A stretch of DNA of 64,000 nt from an uncultured Candidatus Saccharibacteria bacterium (GCA_964485625.1 CAZAJM010000002.1:36167-100166), one strand, 5' to 3'. Shown: positions 18,943-29,146, counted from the first letter of the stretch. Notes: generated by a model not told the origin, from the sequence alone. Numbers and translations are program-made.

Positions 18943-21900
18943 TAGCCAATATGGATATGGTTCCACATATGATTATTAGAAAACAGCCCTCTATTACCAC
19001 GCTCTTCTAAGGAGCCATATTTATCATAGATTAGATTAGGTCGATCTTGGTCTTCTTCTCCCTCATCGCTTAACCCATTGTAGTAGTTAACATCTTCTTC
19101 TCTAAAGACCCCTATTTGAAGAGGTAGATCTTCGGCTCTTAGAGTCCAGCCGACCAGCTCTCTAATATGTTCTCTGGTGATCTCGGTTGGGTCTTGGCAT
19201 TTAGTCTCACCGATTCCCAACAAATTACTCAAAACAGTGACTCCTAATTCATACCAATTCTGTGTTACTAAACCGACTATTAATCCACGACTAAAACCTC
19301 TAATTCCAGTTGCCTCATCTATCTCCTCTCCAATTCCAATTTGGTAGGCCATATAGCCGATGGTGCCGACTCCGACCTCCCCACCGCTAATAATACTCTC
19401 TGCTGCTCTAGCAGACTCAACCACATCTCTGTCAACGCCAAAGCTTGTTGCTAGTTGTGTATAGAACTCTCCTTCCTCTAAGTTTCCGTTCTGGAAGCCT
19501 TGGTAGATATCTCTTATCTGCCTTGCTTGACCAACTGTTATACCGGCAAATTGTTGGAACTCATCATCAAAGAACATCTCAGTCATCTCCAAGTAATCTA
19601 GATCTCCTTCAATTACATTTACTACTGCCGGATCTACTACTTCAAAACTACTGTTTAGAACACTGATTAATCTTCCGTCACCTACATTGCCATCTTCCCA
19701 GCCATTATAGGTTTCCTCAATTGCATCTATCTCGGCCCTAGTTAGGCCAATTGCGCCATCGAGCCTTAAATCTATCCAGCTACCGATTAGGGTCTGTTGG
19801 GTCTGATCTTTTATTACCTCTTGGTTAATTTCATCGAAGGCACTATCGATATTTCCGTTAAACAAGTTCGTTAGAACGGTTCTATCAGTAACTGTTGAGC
19901 CAGAAACCCCAACAAAGCTAAGTCCGGCCTCTAGGTACTCATCTTGGCCTATCTCCTCTCCCCTAATATATGAGCGGTCAAATAGATTGGAGAGAACATT
20001 GGCTTGGCTACGATTACCGTCAGTTAGAATTAGAGAGAGTCTCTCCATCCCTGCCGAGAGGGCCCGGTCTCTAGATTCCGGGTCGTTAGTAATTTGAGAT
20101 AGGGCTAGGTCTTTAGGCCAAGACAGTTCCTGCCCTAGATACCTGTCATATAGCTGGGATAACCCAGTGATTAATTGGTTGTTATCTACGTTGCCATTTA
20201 GAATTAGATCAGCGATATTAACGTCTATGTCCGGCCTTTCATCTAGGCCAACTAAATCAGCCAGTTTCTTGTTGCTTAAACCAAATAATTGAGCTTGGGC
20301 AACCCTGCGGGCATAATCTTCGGCTTTTATCTCTCCTTGATAGAGCCTGTAGGTCAACCCTCTATCTAAACCCAAAGATGAATCGGCCCAAGAGAGCTTA
20401 TCTATAACGGTCTGGTCCGGCACCTCATCAGTCTCAATTATCTGATCTAGTTCTTCAACAGAGATGTTAAAACTTGCCGCTACCCGTTCTTTGCCGTTCT
20501 GCTTAATGATCTCTTCCATATCGCCAAAAAATGAACCACTAGTTAAGCCTTTGCTCTCAACTATGGCTTGACCTACCTCTAACTTGATGTTTTTACTTGG
20601 CCCATCATACTCCCACTCATCAAACCAGCCATAGCTATTAGTGTTATCGACTCCCAACCTCTCAAGAATTAAGGCTAGTCCGGCCCTGGCAATTGCTTCG
20701 TCTGTATTAGAGCCCCCATCGACTATCGCCATAAAACTATTGCCCGGCAGACCTAGTTCGGTCTCGACATATGATGAACCGATTCGATTGACTACATCTT
20801 GCCAGTTACCGTCTTTGATCGAGTGGTAGTCATAGATTGTTGGTTGGTAGTTGCCAAAGTTAGGTCGGTATTGGTAGAAAAGCTCTTCTTCCAAACTACT
20901 TCCTGCCAATTTAATATATTCATTTAATCTTTCTTTGTTGGTTAACAGGTTTTTTAGATCTTCTGCTCCGACTTGGTAGTAATCAACCCCCGTAAGTTCG
21001 GTTAATTTTTCCCGAGTAAGATTATCTATCTGCTCGTCTTTAATCCGCTCAATTACATCTTGGCCTAAATTCTCTAGCCCCTCTTCTCTTCTCTGGTCAT
21101 CCTGGTTAGCGATAATTGATTGGACTTGAGCTTTGGAGATACCCAAAGGCAGGCTGATCTCTCCTGAGCTTATCAGACTATTTAGAAGATCAAGACTAAT
21201 ATCTTGACTACTCTCTTGATTATATGGATCTATTCCTAGGGCTCCTGATAGATGGTAGAGACCGGCGGTTAATAGTGAACTCTCTTTACTACTAGATAGA
21301 TCTGAGATTGTATCGCTAGGCAGGCCAATGCTCTTACTAAGCCCGGATAAACTTTGGGAGTTATTAACTCTAGTTCGGTAGGCCTGACCGACTAAGCTAA
21401 GCGTCTCATTGTTACTGCCCCCCAAGCTCTCTATGCCGGTCTTTCTAATAAACTGGTTGGGGTTGGTGTTAATTATTTTCTCTAGATTGTCCTCGCTATA
21501 ATCAATCCGGTAAGCGTTCTCTACTACTGCCTTGCCTAGCTCATAGTTGCTCCAATCTCCCTGCCAGTTAGAGTAGTCCAGACCTAGACCTTCTCTAATC
21601 ACCCGCAGGCCAATAGACTTTAGAATATCTTCTTGGCTACTGCCTTCTATTGAGCCTCCGGGCAGACCCAAGATCTGTTCAAGATAACGGCTACCAACAC
21701 TTAACTCTCCACTGCCGCTCCCGGCAACTATGGAGTTAATGGTGCCAGAGGGTAGGCCTAGCCCGTCTTCCAGGTGGGCCGAACCAAGATTGGGGCTATC
21801 AAGACGACTATTAATTAAGTACCTAGGATCTATGCCTAGTTCTTGGGCGATTTGAGATAGGCCCGATTCCATTAGGGCCGAGTCGATATTATGATGACCT

Positions 21901-23465
21901 CTTTGGTTACCAGGCAGGCGAATAACGGAAGCCAGATCATTTAAGTTGGGGTTTAGGTAGTTGTTAAGCCCGGGTGGCCGGTACTCTGTTTGATAAGCTA
22001 CATGTGCCGGATACCATTTGGTCTTATCACCAAATCCTAAAAAACCCTTAGTCTCACATTTATAGCTACCAACTACAGAGATATCGGCCGCTTTGCCCCC
22101 GTAGTGGGCTGAGCGGGTCGCTTCAGACTCACTAGTTACCGCCTCTTCATCTGACTTGGGGTCAAATTGAGTTAACCGGGAAACTTTAATCTGTGACCAC
22201 TTTTTAGAAGGTTTGGTAAGCTCATCTATTTTTTTAGTCCGAGTGGCCTTAGGAGACTTAATTATCTGGTAGAGTTCATCTTCGTCCACTTGATTAACTC
22301 CAACTCCCTCGTTCTCACCTTGGGCTCTCCGAGCAAGCTCATTAAGTAGTCGTAGTAATCTAATATCTATTTTAAACTCTTTGATTAGGCGAAGATCGTA
22401 TTGATTAATTGCTAGAACCGGCTCTTTCTGCCCCCTGTTAACTGCTTGGAGGGCTTTTAGAATATTTTGATTGTACTCTGATAGTAGGGTTAGGTCATCT
22501 CTTAAGCCTTCGTTGTCTGCTAAGCTCTGGCTACTATTAAGATCGGAGATGGTTGATTTGATTAGTTGGTGATTATCCAATGCCATCTCCAGGCTGGCTC
22601 GATTCCGGCCACCCATAGCTGATAGAGCAGAGAAGTTGGTTAAAATCCGATCGGTCTTAGTAGATAAGTTCTTTATTTCCCTGCTAAGCTCTTGCTTGTC
22701 TTGAGCCCGGGCAAATTGCCAGAAGCTGGTCTGGCTATCTGTCTCCTCGCTCTCCTCTTCCACTTCTTCATCAATTCCTTTAGCTACCTTTCTGGCCTCA
22801 TCGGCCGCCTTGTCACACTCGCCTGCCCAACAGACCGCCTCGGCCACATCTTGCCTGTCAGCAGCTAAGTCCTCATCTGGAAGCTCGGTTGGGGTTGAGC
22901 CCATATTACTAGCAAGATATATCAGGCCAAAAATTAATATTACTGCTAATAAAACCAACCCAATTATTGCAGCATATTCACCAATAAAAGCAATAGCCGC
23001 TCCGGCTCCTCTAGCAATAGCTCCACCGGCCCTACTAAGCAAACCCCCGGCCTTGGCTGCCTCCTTGCCACCCTTGGCAGCTTTGGCGGCATCTTTTGCC
23101 TCCTTCTTAACTGCTTTCTCACCTACATCCTCTGCTTTATCTTCAGCCTCATCTTTCGCCTTCTCTCCTAGGTCACTATCGTCTTTCTCCTGGTCTTCTT
23201 TCTGGTCCTTTTCTTCTTGATCTTTCTCTTCTTCTTTGTCCTCCTCCTCTTCCTTCTCATCCTGCTCTTCTTCATCTCTCTCTTCATCCTCATCTTCTTC
23301 TTGCTGCTGGTCTTGTCTGCCAACAGAAGTAGGCTTCTTCTTTAGGCGCTTAATAGTCTCTTCTGTGATCTCTGTCTCCTCTGTTTTTTCAACGTCAAGC
23401 TCCGTTTTAAGACGTTCGTAGTAACTATCTTCTTCTCTTTTTTTCTTTTTTTTATCTTTAGCCAT
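18939..23465 (-). CDS. Giant membrane-anchored surface protein (1508 aa): acidic/Lys-rich cytoplasmic N-terminus, one TM helix, about 1300-aa extracytoplasmic region. Last gene of the T4SS-like operon.
   Basis: Continuous ORF. N-terminal 150 aa are E/D/K low complexity. TM AIAFIGEYAAIIGLVLLAVILIFGLIYL at about 160-187. No enzymatic motif recognised. Confidence 0.6.
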   Translation of the reverse strand: MAKDKKKKKREEDSYYERLKTELDVEKTEETEITEETIKRLKKKPTSVGRQDQQQEEDEDEERDEEEQDEKEEEEDKEEEKDQEEKDQKEDQEKDDSDLGEKAKDEAEDKAEDVGEKAVKKEAKDAAKAAKGGKEAAKAGGLLSRAGGAIARGAGAAIAFIGEYAAIIGLVLLAVILIFGLIYLASNMGSTPTELPDEDLAADRQDVAEAVCWAGECDKAADEARKVAKGIDEEVEEESEETDSQTSFWQFARAQDKQELSREIKNLSTKTDRILTNFSALSAMGGRNRASLEMALDNHQLIKSTISDLNSSQSLADNEGLRDDLTLLSEYNQNILKALQAVNRGQKEPVLAINQYDLRLIKEFKIDIRLLRLLNELARRAQGENEGVGVNQVDEDELYQIIKSPKATRTKKIDELTKPSKKWSQIKVSRLTQFDPKSDEEAVTSESEATRSAHYGGKAADISVVGSYKCETKGFLGFGDKTKWYPAHVAYQTEYRPPGLNNYLNPNLNDLASVIRLPGNQRGHHNIDSALMESGLSQIAQELGIDPRYLINSRLDSPNLGSAHLEDGLGLPSGTINSIVAGSGSGELSVGSRYLEQILGLPGGSIEGSSQEDILKSIGLRVIREGLGLDYSNWQGDWSNYELGKAVVENAYRIDYSEDNLEKIINTNPNQFIRKTGIESLGGSNNETLSLVGQAYRTRVNNSQSLSGLSKSIGLPSDTISDLSSSKESSLLTAGLYHLSGALGIDPYNQESSQDISLDLLNSLISSGEISLPLGISKAQVQSIIANQDDQRREEGLENLGQDVIERIKDEQIDNLTREKLTELTGVDYYQVGAEDLKNLLTNKERLNEYIKLAGSSLEEELFYQYRPNFGNYQPTIYDYHSIKDGNWQDVVNRIGSSYVETELGLPGNSFMAIVDGGSNTDEAIARAGLALILERLGVDNTNSYGWFDEWEYDGPSKNIKLEVGQAIVESKGLTSGSFFGDMEEIIKQNGKERVAASFNISVEELDQIIETDEVPDQTVIDKLSWADSSLGLDRGLTYRLYQGEIKAEDYARRVAQAQLFGLSNKKLADLVGLDERPDIDVNIADLILNGNVDNNQLITGLSQLYDRYLGQELSWPKDLALSQITNDPESRDRALSAGMERLSLILTDGNRSQANVLSNLFDRSYIRGEEIGQDEYLEAGLSFVGVSGSTVTDRTVLTNLFNGNIDSAFDEINQEVIKDQTQQTLIGSWIDLRLDGAIGLTRAEIDAIEETYNGWEDGNVGDGRLISVLNSSFEVVDPAVVNVIEGDLDYLEMTEMFFDDEFQQFAGITVGQARQIRDIYQGFQNGNLEEGEFYTQLATSFGVDRDVVESARAAESIISGGEVGVGTIGYMAYQIGIGEEIDEATGIRGFSRGLIVGLVTQNWYELGVTVLSNLLGIGETKCQDPTEITREHIRELVGWTLRAEDLPLQIGVFREEDVNYYNGLSDEGEEDQDRPNLIYDKYGSLEERGNRGLFSNNHMWNHIHIGY

Positions 23466-23468
23466 TTG

Positions 23469-24770
23469 TTAATAGTTTTTAGAGATTAATTCAAGGCTAA
23501 CTAACTGATTATCTGTAGTTAAATATATTTGGTTGTTATTATTATCTACCTCGACCTCTCTAACTACCTCCTTATTATCCTCTGGCCAGCCATACTCTAG
23601 TAGTTCTCCACTGTTAATATCGTATCTAAACAATTTATCTTCTTCGTCGATTCTGCCTGTTCCAATAAACTGGTTGTTGCTGACCCAGTCGATATTGTTT
23701 AGATCTAGATTAATATTTAAATTCTCCTTATTCTCACCACCTATATCCATAATCGAAAGAGGTTTTAGTCTTTCTGGGGATTGACTTAGGTAGAGAATCT
23801 TCTTGCTATCAGCACTTACCTGGGCCCAGCTAATTTGGCTGTTCTCTAGTGGTGTCCGGAGCCGATCCAAGTAGCTATCATAGATTGAGATACTTTCGCT
23901 GTTACTAATTAGAATATATTCCTTGTTTGGTGACCAAGATATCTCTGGGTCGGTATAACCACTAATCTTAGCTACCCTTCTAACATTTTTTCTCTCCAAG
24001 TCACTTACCACTAGAGAGCTCTCTGGCTCTAGGGTTGAATAGTAGTAGGCGACCTGGTCAAGATCAGGATTAATACTGATACTACCAATGCCGGTGCCCC
24101 AAAACTTAGCTGTTTGATTGAGTAGGTCGTAGCGATTAAAATCATAGAAATATGTAGCAGCACTAGAAGTATCTTTAAAAAATTTAGTGCCGGTTAATTG
24201 GTAGGGCTTATCTATTTGGGCGATAACTCCTAGGTGATCTTTGGTCCAGATAAGGTTTTTAATGTTTCTAAAGATATTTGGAGAGATCCTTTCGGGGTTA
24301 GCCCCATCTCTTCCTAGATTTAATCTCCAACAAGAGCTGTTTTTAAGATAGAAGAGGGTGTTTCTGTTTGAGTCGTAGCTTAGATACTCTATCTTACCCT
24401 TATCAAGCTCATTAAACGACGGCTCTTTCTGCAGATTTACTTTAATTGGCTCGTTGGAGAAGTAGTCGACATTAATTGTCTGTCTGTAAGTTAGATATCC
24501 AGGAGCGGAGATCATTAACAGGTGCTCTCCGGGGCTGGCAGAGAAGCCCTTGTCAACCTCTCTGTTATCCAAAGCTATACTGACCTCTTCTGGTTGGCTA
24601 ATAACTTTAACTGGTGCCTGGTAGAAAAAAAGCAAGTAAAGACCACCAAGCACCAGAACAATTGCTAGGCCGATAATTGCCCTATTAAGCCAACTTAAAC
24701 CAGCTCCTGACTTTTTAATCTTCTGGTTGGTGCTAAACTCCTTCTCTAACTTTTCTAACTGTTTATTCAT
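23469..24770 (-). CDS. Membrane-anchored TolB-like / PD40 beta-propeller protein with a PEGA-like domain
   Basis: N-terminal TM LAIVLVLGGLYLLFF. The LLMISAPGYLTYRQTINV segment resembles a PEGA domain. Repeated ...SWSPN.../...ILY.S... propeller-like blades. Confidence 0.45.
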   Translation of the reverse strand: MNKQLEKLEKEFSTNQKIKKSGAGLSWLNRAIIGLAIVLVLGGLYLLFFYQAPVKVISQPEEVSIALDNREVDKGFSASPGEHLLMISAPGYLTYRQTINVDYFSNEPIKVNLQKEPSFNELDKGKIEYLSYDSNRNTLFYLKNSSCWRLNLGRDGANPERISPNIFRNIKNLIWTKDHLGVIAQIDKPYQLTGTKFFKDTSSAATYFYDFNRYDLLNQTAKFWGTGIGSISINPDLDQVAYYYSTLEPESSLVVSDLERKNVRRVAKISGYTDPEISWSPNKEYILISNSESISIYDSYLDRLRTPLENSQISWAQVSADSKKILYLSQSPERLKPLSIMDIGGENKENLNINLDLNNIDWVSNNQFIGTGRIDEEDKLFRYDINSGELLEYGWPEDNKEVVREVEVDNNNNQIYLTTDNQLVSLELISKNY

Positions 24771-25932
24771 GAGAGTAGATTATTGTTCCACTTGAATCAG
24801 TGTGAGACAGATTACTTGCTTGATTGTATAAAGATCTATCTAACTGACAGCTATAGGCGCCTCTTGTTGTTGAACTATTAACCATAAGTGTATCTGTTGC
24901 TGGATCGTAACCTCTTATCACTATGATGTGACCATAGCTTGATCTTGATCTTTGGCAATTTGAATTGAAGTGGAATCTTTGGAATAATATTACAGGATTT
25001 TTTGCTTTAAGTGATTTCATAACAGTCGACCAACCATTTCCATTGGAGCTTACTCTGCCAACCTTCCAGGCTTTGCCACTTTGTTTTTTTAGTTGAGACA
25101 ATGCTGCTGAGGGAGTGTTAACTGGCCCACCTGAGTATGTATCATCTATTGTCCAGTTACCACCGTAGTAATTAAGCACCATGGCAACCGAAGCTCTGCC
25201 ACAAGTCATACTTGTCTTTTGACCAACTAGGGGCACATTAAGTTTAACATAGTCTCCTCTGATAATATTAGAGGCAGTAGCCGTTTTTAGACTTGGACAA
25301 GAGCCAATAATTTCATTAAAAACTTTAGGTACTACATCAAACCAATGATTGCAATTTTTTCCGCAATATATTTCTCCTATCGACCTAATGTCTGTTATTC
25401 CTTTGCTCAGATATTTTCTTTGCATATATTCAGCATGATTGGCAATTGAGGTATCGTAGTCCGGAAAATCCTCCCAGTCTCTTGGATTAGAACCATTAGA
25501 AGGTACACAAGGATAATCTCCTAATTTAGCAGTATTGCAAGTCATGCTTTGGTAATTATGAGTTGAGGATGAAGCTGCTCCGTAGTTAGTGGCATAAGTT
25601 GTTTCAGCGCCAGCAATAGCAATCATCAGGGCCGGATTCACATTATACTTCTTTCCCTCCCCGGCAAAAATTAACCCCTTATCGGCTAGAGGAGAGTCCG
25701 GTCTTTTTTTAGAAAACCAAGAGTTAAGACATTTTCCGACCTCTTCTGGATCGGCTCCTGAAGGATAGAATAGGCTGCCACTACCACCAGCCTGGGCTGA
25801 GGGCATATACCCACCAGCAATGCCGGAAGTTCTTTCGTGAAATGCAAAAGCGCCAACTGCGCCAAAGATTAGCATGGCGATACCAATAACAAAGACAATT
25901 ATTGTGGCTACTAACCCATCCTGTCTTATCAT
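24763..25932 (-). CDS. Membrane-anchored cell-wall hydrolase: N-acetylglucosaminidase-like domain plus C39/papain-like cysteine peptidase domain (CwlT/PrgK/TcpG analogue)
   Basis: The start is placed at the ATGA overlap with the upstream gene (MIRQDGL...), not the longer ORF-track start. Glucosaminidase-like VNPALMIAIAGAETTYATNYG...SIANHAEYMQRKY. Peptidase part QKTSMTCGRASVAMVLNYYG (Gln/Cys) with GHIIVIRGYD (His). Confidence 0.6.
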   Translation of the reverse strand: MIRQDGLVATIIVFVIGIAMLIFGAVGAFAFHERTSGIAGGYMPSAQAGGSGSLFYPSGADPEEVGKCLNSWFSKKRPDSPLADKGLIFAGEGKKYNVNPALMIAIAGAETTYATNYGAASSSTHNYQSMTCNTAKLGDYPCVPSNGSNPRDWEDFPDYDTSIANHAEYMQRKYLSKGITDIRSIGEIYCGKNCNHWFDVVPKVFNEIIGSCPSLKTATASNIIRGDYVKLNVPLVGQKTSMTCGRASVAMVLNYYGGNWTIDDTYSGGPVNTPSAALSQLKKQSGKAWKVGRVSSNGNGWSTVMKSLKAKNPVILFQRFHFNSNCQRSRSSYGHIIVIRGYDPATDTLMVNSSTTRGAYSCQLDRSLYNQASNLSHTDSSGTIIYSHE

Positions 25933-26627
25933 GGCGCCCTCCAAGCATAACCGACTTGATCGTGAGGATTTTTTAGGAAAAATGATCTGGATATCCATTG
26001 TACGCTGCAAGAACTCTTGCCGCTATTGTGAACTAAGAAGGCATCTTTGTTTTTATCATATTGAGTAGTTGCCATAATATGCATAGTTCCACCGGTGCCG
26101 TTTCTTTTGGGATACTTGGTATAGATAATGACAGCGTCGCCATTTCTAATGGTGTTAATTATGCTGTTCATACCATCGTTTTTATAACTTGTTCTTCTTG
26201 TCCAACTCCCCGGAACCTTTCTTTGTAGTTCAGGACCCCAAGGCCTTCTTCCACCTGACCAATAAGTAAGATCTGTTGGTTTTATGTATTCTCCGGTATA
26301 GCCCATAATAATAGCGGCAGCAGAGGTACAGCCACAGTAACCGCTTTTGAATTGTTTTAGGCAGGGTATATAGTGGTTGTTTGGGTCACCATTAATATAT
26401 GAGCCATCACCGGCTACAGATTCAATATTAACAGGTTGGTTAGGATCTGACGCAATATACTCTCCTTCTGAGGGGCTAAACCCGGCCCCAGCCACAGGCG
26501 AGTAACTAGCCAAACTAACTCCTGCTGCTATGGCTAGGTCAACCAAAAGAATGCCGGCTAAGATAAATATTCCGGCGATTAGGCAACTTACCGCTCCAGC
26601 TTGCTTATTCTCCCTGGCTCTCATCAC
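25929..26627 (-). CDS. Membrane-anchored papain-like (C39-like) cysteine peptidase domain protein
   Basis: N-terminal TM. GYCGCTSAAAIIMGY (catalytic Cys context) and MHIMATTQYD (His), resembling the C39-like fold of the next gene. Confidence 0.45.
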   Translation of the reverse strand: MMRARENKQAGAVSCLIAGIFILAGILLVDLAIAAGVSLASYSPVAGAGFSPSEGEYIASDPNQPVNIESVAGDGSYINGDPNNHYIPCLKQFKSGYCGCTSAAAIIMGYTGEYIKPTDLTYWSGGRRPWGPELQRKVPGSWTRRTSYKNDGMNSIINTIRNGDAVIIYTKYPKRNGTGGTMHIMATTQYDKNKDAFLVHNSGKSSCSVQWISRSFFLKNPHDQVGYAWRAP

Positions 26628-28404
26628 CCTCCTCCTCTTTCATCTCTAGGATCTCCTTGGGATCAGTGGTAATCATCTTGTCTTCAATATATGAGCCGAT
26701 GACTTTGATAGCGGCATGGTTTAGACCGGCAAAGAAAAGCCCTTCACCTACATCTGATTGGAGTAGTAGATATCTTTCTCCTTGGGTTAGATTAAATGTT
26801 TTGCTAACTAGATCGATTGATGACGGAGATTGTTTGAGCAGCATCTGTAGGGAGGAGTTAGAGACAATCGCCTTGCCATACTTGTTATTAAGCACATCTT
26901 CTACATCTTGACTGACCACGGTTAGACCTAAGTAATATTTTCGAGCCCTTTTAGCTAGAGCATAGAGGAACTTAGCTGAATCTTCATGTTGCATCATCCA
27001 CCAGGCCTCATCGACGACCATCAGTCTTCTTTTCTTCTCTTTTCTAATCTGGTTCCAGACGTAACCTAGAATATTGTAGATCGCCAGTGGTCTTAGCTCT
27101 TCATCTAGGTCTCTTACGGAGAAGACATTCATCTGGTTGTTCATATCGATGTTGGTCTGGTGCTTGAAGAGGCCTGAGAAGGTACCCTGGGTATACTTCT
27201 CTAATCTTCTAGCCAGGCTCTCACCATCCTTCATACCGGTTAGTACTCTCTGAAGATCTTCCAGTAGAGGTGGCTCGTTCTTGTGGGTCTCAATATTTTC
27301 GTTAATATCTTTTAGGGCATATGTTTCAAAGAGAGCTTTCTCTAAAATAGCATCTTCTTCTACGCTTAAGCCCTCCATCATCAGCCCGACTAAACCTTTG
27401 ATTCTAATAATAGTGCCTTTTAAGATTGCCTCCCCATCTTCTTCTTGGCCACCGGAGAGATCAAATGGGTTGATCCAATTGCCGGCCTCTAGGTCAACCT
27501 GTAAGTAGTTACCACCAATTCCTTCACACATCCGCTTGTACTCTTCTTCCGGGTCAACTACTATTACCTGCGTGTCATACATCATCGATCTAATAATCTC
27601 TAGCTTAACAGCGTAGGATTTTCCCGAACCAGACTTACCGAAGACAACTGAGTTGGCATTCTCCAGTTCAAAGCGGTCAAAGATGATAAGGGAGTTGTTG
27701 TTACGGTTGATTCCATAAAGAATACCACTGTTACCAGTTAGATTGGAAGAGATAAAGGGGAAGGTAGAAGACAGAGAGCCGGTATCAAAATTACGATTAA
27801 TCATTAATTTGTTTAGTCCTAGGGGAAGGGTTGAGTCAAAACCATCTTTCATTCTAAAGAGGGCTCTTTTGGTTAGAACGATTCCTCCGGCTAAGCGAGT
27901 CTCTATCTGAGAGGTGAGAGTATCTAGTTCCTCAAGGGTTTTAGCATAGATTGTAAAGTAGAGCCCAAATTGGAAGAGCTTAACCTCTCCTTTCTGTAGG
28001 GCATGCCTTAGGGATTCAACATCTTCCATAGCTGTTTCAAGCTCTGGGTCGGAGACTAGGCCCTTCTCTTTTTTCATTCGCCAACTCGATTCCATCTGGC
28101 CCAGCCTGGTCTGGAGTTGTTTCATGATCCGCTTGGTGTCTACCGGATAGACAAACATAGATATATCCATGGTAGCATCGTAGTTAATTAGGGGGGAGAG
28201 CCAGTTGGTGTTTAGATATCTTGGGTAGGTAAAGACAAAGAAGGTTTTAGCATAACGATCATTTATCTTGATATGATCGGGATTAACCAAAAAACTAGCT
28301 GGAGCGATTAGGTCTTTAACCTCAATCATTCCCTTCTCGTAGATCTCCAGGGCTTTCTGGGGGCTTAAGTCGTCATTTTTCTTCTTCTCGCCAATGCCAA
28401 ACAT
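26605..28404 (-). CDS. virB4: VirB4/TraE/ConE-type type IV secretion ATPase (ATPase core)
   Basis: Walker A VVFGKSGSGKSYAV. Walker B RRLMVVDEAWWMM (the DEAW motif typical of VirB4). 599 aa. Confidence 0.8.
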   Translation of the reverse strand: MFGIGEKKKNDDLSPQKALEIYEKGMIEVKDLIAPASFLVNPDHIKINDRYAKTFFVFTYPRYLNTNWLSPLINYDATMDISMFVYPVDTKRIMKQLQTRLGQMESSWRMKKEKGLVSDPELETAMEDVESLRHALQKGEVKLFQFGLYFTIYAKTLEELDTLTSQIETRLAGGIVLTKRALFRMKDGFDSTLPLGLNKLMINRNFDTGSLSSTFPFISSNLTGNSGILYGINRNNNSLIIFDRFELENANSVVFGKSGSGKSYAVKLEIIRSMMYDTQVIVVDPEEEYKRMCEGIGGNYLQVDLEAGNWINPFDLSGGQEEDGEAILKGTIIRIKGLVGLMMEGLSVEEDAILEKALFETYALKDINENIETHKNEPPLLEDLQRVLTGMKDGESLARRLEKYTQGTFSGLFKHQTNIDMNNQMNVFSVRDLDEELRPLAIYNILGYVWNQIRKEKKRRLMVVDEAWWMMQHEDSAKFLYALAKRARKYYLGLTVVSQDVEDVLNNKYGKAIVSNSSLQMLLKQSPSSIDLVSKTFNLTQGERYLLLQSDVGEGLFFAGLNHAAIKVIGSYIEDKMITTDPKEILEMKEEEGDESQGE

Positions 28405-28405
28405 A

Positions 28406-29146
28406 TTATTTACTTTCTTTTTTAGATTTAATTACCGCTCCCATCACATCTTCCGGGTTAGCTATTTTTTTGAACTGAGCCGAGGTTGGGTTGTAGGAGG
28501 TGTATAGTAGCTCAATAATCTCCTGGGTGTTAAGCTGGACTGCTCTGATGCCAATAGAGCTTAGCCCAGAGGCTACCAGGCCTGCTCTCTGTCGCAGTTC
28601 TTTCTTCGCCGCTTCCTTATCTTTGATCTCTATCTTCTTTTTCTGTTTGCTCCTAAAACCGGCAAATAGTTTCTCAAAAGGATTTAAGGCCTTAGAGGAG
28701 ATTGGTTCATAGGGGACAACAACGAAGAAGTTCTTATCCATAATATTGGCAACATCGATTATTCGACGGACAAAGTCGGTATAGTCGGCCATCTGAGCCC
28801 GGAGTAGACTATTGGATTGGTTCTTGGTCCGCTTCTCCAGGTCTTGTAGATATCCTGTTAAGTTTAACTTTCGAGATTGAGTAATAATTTGAATGGGGAA
28901 GGAGAGAGAGTTGAGAAAAGCTTGATAGCCACCGATAATAGCGTTCTGTTCCTCCTCGTTTTTTAAGGAGAAATTAACGGCCGAGACCATTAAGACGATT
29001 CTTATGCCTCCGTTTTTTAAATAAACAAAACCATCCTCAATCCGATCGATATCCAGATTCTCTTGAGTTGGATTATATTTAGTCTCCGTAGACTCTTCTA
29101 GGCCCTCCGGGACTTCTCTGTCTTTCTCTTCTTCTTTCTTTGCTAT
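28406..29146 (-). CDS. VirB4 N-terminal-domain-like protein. Probably begins upstream of the first ATG at a non-canonical start near 29146.
   Basis: ORF track gives 28406..28990 (194 aa). The same frame stays open upstream to a TAA at 29156-29158 and encodes ...NPTQENLDIDRIEDGFVYLKNGGIRIVLMVSAVNFSLKNEEEQNAIIGGYQAFLNSL, which resembles N-termini of Gram-positive conjugative VirB4 proteins (pattern recalled from memory). A perfect SD AAGGAGG sits 4 nt before an ATA codon at 29146-29144. The gene ends 1 nt before the virB4 ATG. Confidence 0.45.
   Translation of the reverse strand: MAKKEEEKDREVPEGLEESTETKYNPTQENLDIDRIEDGFVYLKNGGIRIVLMVSAVNFSLKNEEEQNAIIGGYQAFLNSLSFPIQIITQSRKLNLTGYLQDLEKRTKNQSNSLLRAQMADYTDFVRRIIDVANIMDKNFFVVVPYEPISSKALNPFEKLFAGFRSKQKKKIEIKDKEAAKKELRQRAGLVASGLSSIGIRAVQLNTQEIIELLYTSYNPTSAQFKKIANPEDVMGAVIKSKKESK

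Noticed and set aside
19445-23421. Plus-strand ORFs (19445-19666, 20641-20829, 22810-23220, 23236-23421) opposite the giant gene
   Set aside because: Low-complexity S/A/L-rich mirror images of the E/D/K-rich coding strand. Artefacts of repetitive codon usage.
24763-26010. Long form of the hydrolase ORF starting at 26010
   Set aside because: It would overlap the upstream peptidase gene by 82 nt. The internal Met (MIRQDGL...) creates a classic ATGA stop-start overlap at 25929-25932 and precedes the TM helix, so the shorter form is preferred.
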